This document shows positions 57,429-64,000 of a stretch of 64,000 nt of DNA, one piece after another; within the stretch, counting starts at the first letter, position 1, and each line of letters opens with the position of its first letter. The notes beneath the pieces are model-generated. The model searched no databases. It saw only the letters and a program-made list of their open reading frames with translations, and was not told the DNA's origin. The DNA is taken from assembly GCA_964247055.1 (NCBI GenBank), contig OZ176054.1:4464001-4528000 (forward strand). The letters run 5' to 3'. The position numbers and the translations under genes were made by a program. Source of the DNA: Paragordius varius (Eukaryota; Animalia; Nematomorpha).

Positions 57429-60043
57429 TTTATCTTTGAATTATATTTAAGATATGATTGTATTACTAGTTGGAATAAGGTTTTTAACAGAAAATCAATT
57501 TATACGGCTAATAAGTTTTGTCAAATAGTTTAATAATTGTTTGATTATATAAAGGATGATTAAAAAAATGCACTCGAATATTTTTATGAAATAAACATAT
57601 GAAAGTTATTGAAAGTTAAAATTCTTATATTTATATAAATTAAAGATTATAACGTTTCAATCAATAATAAGGAGTCAATACTTTAATTCGCGCAAAATAA
57701 ATGTTGTGAATCAATCGATCGTTTTTTAGGCTAAAGTACCTTACCATACTCATAAAGCGCAGATGTTTCGCATAAATTCTATTTTTTGGTTAAACATTGA
57801 TACGAAATCGGAAAATCGATCGTTTTTATAATATTTAAGAATAGTAGTAATAAAATTTGATAGTATCTAGGTGCATAAATAAAAATATATGCTGCAATCA
57901 AAACTTTATATATGTATAAAAATTTGGTAAATGAAAGCTTCAATTTTTATTGGTGTTTTATGTTTACATTATTATGGGAAAATTTCTAATGATAAATGTA
58001 TATGAATTAAAATTGGTATATTTACATACAGACGCTCTATAAATCATATAGTTGATGCATACTTAAAAGATCAGAATGAATTTGGAACAGGAAACCATGA
58101 ACTTTTTTGACACTTCTCTAGAACCATAAACCGGTTTGGTTCCAAAATATACAATATTGGTTCCTTATATCTAAAGATTGGGTACTTAATTTGCATATAG
58201 AGCCCATGGAGGCTTTAATCAGGCTAAATGGTGGTAGAGAAATGGAATATTTAAGTATATTTATTTAGATTTTCTAATAAATAATACATAATGTACGGTG
58301 TATATATTTGATACTTTATAACAATTTGAAATGAATTAATATAAATTATAATATAGCACCCCAATCATCCTGAAACCTGAAACGGAAACCAAATTTTTTC
58401 GCAAAAACAATAGAACCTGATATACGAATCAAAATTTTTATCACAGAATATCTTTTGAAAAAGTAACCACTTTCTCCAAAATTGTTTTTCTTAAAAATAT
58501 ATGAACCCTAATACAGGAAAAAAAATCTGGAACTCTGTAAATATCAGGGAATGTCAAATTTTGGGTATAATTCGATTTTATAAGTTTGGTGCTTGATGGA
58601 TTCAAACATTAGCTTCTAGAAACCCTAAAAAATAGCACTTTGCGTATGGACTATAAAATCAAATTAAAAAAAATGGATGAATTTAACATTGAGGGAATTT
58701 GGATCATTGTAAATCCGATGCATACAAATTTTGATAAAAAATGGTTTTAGTTTTAGAATGAATAAAATGTGGGCTCTTAAAGTTCCAATTTTTTCTTCTC
58801 TTTTTAAATGGGCTACTTTTCTTATGAAGGCAAAAATGCCGAGATACCGCGATAAAAATTTTAACGCTAAATTTCATATTAATTAAAATTATTTTTACAA
58901 AATGCATACCTTTTTCTAAAACTTAATTTTTAGCTTTTCGTCGAGGCACACTTTATACTATTTTGAACGGTGTAACGCTTAAGATATGATAATAACCCTT
59001 TTTATATAAACAATTCAATGATGCTGTGCTTCTATCGTTTTAAAATTTAAATGTTAGTTTGCTTTCATAATTTGGTAAAATTTAAGGAAAATTTTTTTAA
59101 TCAAAATTCTAAGGTATAGATATATTCAGATATTCAGCATCTTTGAATAGAGAAAAAGTGTTTAATAATATTTTAAAGTGTTTTTATACCGTTTCCATCA
59201 TGGAAAATATTAGCAAGTATTCTTCAGGTCAATAAAAAATTTTTGAAAAATGGCATGTTTTAAAAATTTAGTTTATATAGGGTGGATGATAAAAAAGTCG
59301 CACTTGACTTGTAAGTCAAGCGTGGCAAGTTGAGCAAGTTTACTTAAGGCAGCAAGTGTACACTTGATCGGTGATAAAAAAACACTTAAGGCAAGTCTTT
59401 TGCTTATGAATGTAACATTTTTATGCCACCTAATTAGAATTTTACAGAAATTATTTTGATCATTTTCAGCCAAAATGAAATAAGGTACAAAAAGATAAAC
59501 AATTAATACAATATGCATTTATTGACGTGTTTAAACTCACTGGCAAGTATCTTATTAAATATTATAAAAAACTTTAAATATTCAGCCTGGTAATAATTTT
59601 TAGATTGATGAAACCATTCGCCCCTAAAACACTTTCCATTTCTTCACACTATATTTTGTTTGGAGTCCATTTGCAAATATAATGGGTGGATGTATATACA
59701 ATATAAAATATTTATTTTTAATTGATAAACATTACATTCGAAATAAATTTATAAAATAAATTCTTTACATTGGTTAATGGTTGTAAGGTTATAATATTCT
59801 ATTTTGTTAACACACTCAATTCATGTTGCATCAGTTATTATGTATTATATATATATTTCGTGTTAAAGCTTATCTGTTGTTGAGAATAACCATTGTGTAA
59901 CGTCTACGCAAATAAGGCATGCACACATAAAAAAGAACTTGTGATTTAATAGCCAGTCACTTTTTTATTTAGGTTTTCTATTTATCGTTCAACTCTATTT
60001 TAATATACCATATTGCTATACGTGAATAAATCAACTTTACATT

Positions 60044-60053
60044 TGGTGCCGTG
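60044..60053 (+). promoter_or_regulatory. Primer-binding site complementary to the 3' end of tRNA-His
   Basis: tggtgccgtg lies 2 nt after ...ttaca; it is the reverse complement of the eukaryotic tRNA-His 3' end CACGGCACCA. Confidence 0.75.
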
Positions 60054-60063
60054 TTAGCTTTCA

Positions 60064-63000
60064 ATGAGCCAAGCGTTGGACATTTCAAAACTGATTTTGG
60101 AGCCTTTTAAGGAACCGATGAATTTTACGCAATATATACGTCACATCAGGAGAGTCTTAAATTCCAAAAATATCGAATCCAATGACACCACAATGAAAGG
60201 CACTTTTCTCGCTTTCGGCGGTATTCAAGTAATAATGAAAATCGAAACGTTAGCATACCCAAAACTCATAGATGACATGGAATGGGAGGAAATTGCAACC
60301 TTGGCCACTCAGATATATTCACCAATCAGCAACCTATGGTTAAATCGAGTCGAATTCTACCGATTAAAAAAAATGCCAGATGAATCAGTCATGGATTTCC
60401 TGGAACGTCTGAAAGCAAAGTGTGAAGCCGGGAAATTTGAAGGGGATATTCAGTCAAAATTACGCGATTTATTTCTGGTAGGTCTTGAAAATCCCAGAGT
60501 AGAACGCGAAATTCAATCCAAATATCCAGATGGCAAAAAGGACGGGGGTCCGGTAACCCTTCAAGCGATTGTAGACATCGCTTATTCCTATGAATTAGAA
60601 GATAAAAAGGTTCACAACATCAGAGATAATAATGATATAAACAATAATAATACCAGTGAACTTCCTTCAAGTATCCAACCAGTTGTTAATGATAATAATA
60701 CAATCAATCAAATAACCCGAAAGCTATGTAGTAATTGTGGGTATCGACATGGTTCCGCCACCTGTCCGGCAAAAGGAAAACGGTGTTTCAATTGCGACAA
60801 ATGGAATCATTTCAGCACAGTATGCAAGGCAACGTTCCGACGGCCGTCAATCCGCACCATGACTAGCCGGAACAACACCCCCCGGATTCAGGTATTAATA
60901 AATATACCAACAACGTTTATCTACGATACGGGCGCCGAGGTAACCGTTATTGGCAAGCGCACTTGGGTAAATATTGGTCGACCTCGTTTGCTCCCAGCTC
61001 CAAATTTGCGAACCTACAATGATGGCCCGATAGAAGTACTCGGAAAATCGATGATTTCAGTGGTTTTGAACGAAGAGGAGAAGTGCCTGCCCTGCGTGGT
61101 GACGCAAACTAACCCGCCAACCGTGTTCGGGATGAATTGGATGCGGGCGTTTCGGTTAGAATTCCCAAAAAATGTTTTTTCAGTTTTACATACGCAAGCA
61201 CCTAATAATAAAATGTTATATGATTATTTTGACAAATTGTTTTCAGACGAGTTAGGTACTTTCAAGGGGCCCCCAATAAAATTATTTATCGACCCCGGGG
61301 CCAAACCTAAAGTTTTTCCTTGTCGTAGGGTACCTTTAACTCTAAAATCTTTAGTAGAAAATAAAATTGATAGATTAGTTAAACTCAAAATACTTCGACC
61401 TATCGATCCGACCCAAACCCCAATAACATGGGCCTCTCCCACAGTAAATATAATTAAAGGAAATGGAGAAATTAGGATATGTGCCGATTTCCGAATTAGT
61501 ATCAACCGTTATTTAGCAAAGGATTCTCATCTGATACCTACTTTTGACGAGTTGGCCACCAAAGTGGCAAATGGGATAATTTTTTCCACTTTAGACCTGA
61601 AAGATGCTTACTTACAATTTCCGATAGACCGGGCGTCACAGACGTTAGTAACCATCACAACTCACAAAGGGTTTTATGCTTACCAACGACTTCCATTCGG
61701 ATTAACTTCAGCACTTATGATCTTTCAAAGATGCATGGACAATCTTTTAAAGGACATACCTGGTATTTGTGTGTACCTGGATGATGTCTTAATTTCCGGA
61801 GCTACCAGGGAGGAACATGATCAAAGATTAAGGGAAGTATTTAGAAGGTTACAAGAGGCGGGATTACGATTGCGCCGAGACAAATTGCAAATTGGTATCT
61901 CACGAGTCAAATACATGGGGTACGTGATTTCTGACCAAGGTATTGAGCCGTCCAATGAAAAATTAGAGGCCATTAAAAATTGTCCGACACCTACAAACAA
62001 AACTGAGCTACGTTCGTTCTTAGGCTTAATAAATTTTCATGAGCGGTTTATACCAAACTGTCACCCACATCTAGCAACCTTACACAAGTTAAGTGGAAAG
62101 AATACTCCTTGGCGGTGGACCCCGGCAGATGATAGTGAATTCGCGAAAGCAAAAAGCTTGCTAACCAGGCCCCCCGCTTTAATGCCATTTAACGACCGTT
62201 TTCCCTTGTTGATCGAAACAGATGCTTCCAACAAGGGGTTTGGGTCAATACTGTTTCATAAGACCCCACAGGGGAAACGCCCAATTTTTTACGCGTCACG
62301 AACTTGTTCAATAGCAGAAAATGGTTATTCCACGATCGAAAAAGAGGCCAAGGCCATAGTGTTCGCCCTAGAAAAATTTAAATACTTTATATATGGAAGA
62401 CCTTTCGAGATATATACAGATCATAAACCGCTGGTGTCATTTGGGCGGAAGAGAGACATCAACAATATTAATAATAGCAAACTGCTCAGGTGGATATCGA
62501 AGACCATCGGGTACGAGTATGAAATATTTTACAAGAAAGGGAAAGAAAACTTAGCCGACGCGTTGTCGAGACTTCCCATAGAGCATAGCCAACCAGATGA
62601 TGAAGATGACGCGGCCACCAAGCAGGTACGATTTTTGGCTCTAAAAACGCTTGATGTAAATAAGAAAGTGGTCGAAGAGGCAACGATCACTGACCAACGG
62701 TTATCAAAAGTTAAAAATGCTCTAAGGACAAACAGTTGGATCGACGAAGATCTGAAACCTTTTTAAAACATAAAAACGACTTGGAGTGGTGTTATAATCT
62801 GTTATACCTGAATGATCGCTTAGTGATACCACAAGCGATGCAGGAAACGATATTGAAACTTCTGCATACGGGACACAGCGGGCTAAAAACAATGAAAGCC
62901 CAAGCCCGGTGTTCGGTATTTTGGCCCGAATTAGACACCGATCTAGCGAATTATGTGGAAAGGTGCGAGGCTTGCCAAACGACCTAACGCACCTGAAAAT

Positions 63001-63993
63001 CTTCCCTATCGATGGAATTTTAACACTTTGACATGGGAAAGGTTACATATAGATGTTGCTGGACCGGTGGACGGATATTATTGGTTAGTGACTATCGATA
63101 GCGCCTCACGGTGGGTAGAGATAGATCTTCTTAAATCAATAACGAGTCAAAGCGTTTTAAATTGCCTGGAAAAACACATCGCACGATTTGGTTTTCCCCG
63201 CCAAATTGTGACCGATAACGCCACGTATTTTACTTCAAGAGAATTTACGACTCTCCTAAATCATATGAATATAAAGCACATCTGTGCAGCACCCTATCAC
63301 CCCAAAACAAACGGTCTAGTAGAGAGAGTAACAAAGACATTAAAAACGAAATACGCCGCTACTAAGACCCAACAAATGCAAGCATATGAAGCTATCAACA
63401 CGGTCCTTTATTCGTATCTAACTAGCATGCATTCTTCGCTAAAAGAAACGCCTTCCGCCATATTCCTAAAACGGCGTGTACACAATCCTATCTCTTGGGT
63501 AAAAACAACCCCTGTCGAATATATAGAGCACGAAAATGAACCGAGACGCGAATTTCAACAAGACGATCCTGTCTATATTAAAAATGAAATGGCCGTAGGC
63601 TGGCGGCCAGGTCACATTCTGGAGAGAAGGGGGTTACTCTCGTATGAAGTGCAAGATGAGGAAGGGATTCAAAAACGTAAACATGCAGATCAGTTACGAC
63701 GTAGGTCAGGAGGGAATTCATACGAAACTAATCCCTTAATAGAGCATAAATATCCCAGCGTCGAAAGTGTCCCGGGTCATGTCGAGGGAGCCCACTCCGA
63801 ACAAACCTTCCATCCCACCTCGGAATCTCAAATAGTCCATGCCCCAACTCCTGCTACCTCATGGCAAGACGTAGCCCCAGAATCGCTGACGCCTGTAGAG
63901 GTCATACCCGACGTGGAAAAGGAGGTTTCTGACCTACCCGAGCGTAGATATCCGCTAAGAAGACGGCAGCCTCCCGATCGTTTAAACTTATAG
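60064..63993 (+). pseudogene. Gag-pol polyprotein (gag with two CCHC knuckles, protease, RT, RNase H, integrase) with two frameshifts
   Basis: CSNCGYRH..C and CFNCDKWNH..C; DTGA; YLDD; ETDAS; HTGH..CEAC; HIDVAG, TDNA, NGLVER. The frame changes near 62760 and 62985. Confidence 0.93.
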
Positions 63994-64000
63994 GTATAAT

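Larger units (their letters stand above)
59824..64000 (+). mobile_element. Ty3/Gypsy LTR retrotransposon (Mag-like, single gag-pol ORF); the 3' LTR lies beyond the window
   Basis: Putative 5' LTR ~59824-60041 (TGTT...TACA; start uncertain without the 3' LTR), primer-binding site (PBS) at 60044-60053, gag-pol 60064-63993. Confidence 0.93.

Noticed and set aside
59273-59518. 81-aa minus-strand ORF with a hydrophobic N-terminus
   Set aside because: It overlaps a palindrome-rich repeat-like tract, has no recognisable domain, and shows no splice link to the Ig exons.
62750-62770. Programmed -1 ribosomal frameshift in Gypsy pol
   Set aside because: The run is not an in-phase X XXY YYZ heptamer, lies between RNase H and integrase rather than at gag/pol, and is followed by a second shift; mutation or sequencing error is more likely.

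Overview
Very AT-rich eukaryotic genomic DNA from an animal-like lineage. It uses the standard genetic code and spliceosomal introns; the species cannot be determined from this window. Left part (1-13.7 kb): transposon debris, including two decayed RTE-clade LINEs, a foldback-like element, a hAT derivative and MITEs. Centre: a TDP-43-like gene and a convergent orphan coiled-coil ORF, then a tightly packed four-gene cluster DDB1(-) / TRMT1(+) / GTPBP6(-) / ALDH3(+) whose coding ends are only 21-55 nt apart. Right part: a hAT-Blackjack-type transposon carrying an internal inverted copy of its own transposase, a small Ig-domain gene, and a Ty3/Gypsy LTR element running off the window end. The most striking feature is 16 ultra-short introns (22-34 nt, mode 24 nt) that must be removed to restore conserved proteins. 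They coexist in the same genes with introns of up to ~1.6 kb that carry transposons. One appears to be a non-canonical GT-TG intron and two are in-frame stop-free introns. All exon models were built by hand using reading-frame continuity and remembered homologue sequences; none was checked by database search or RNA data.
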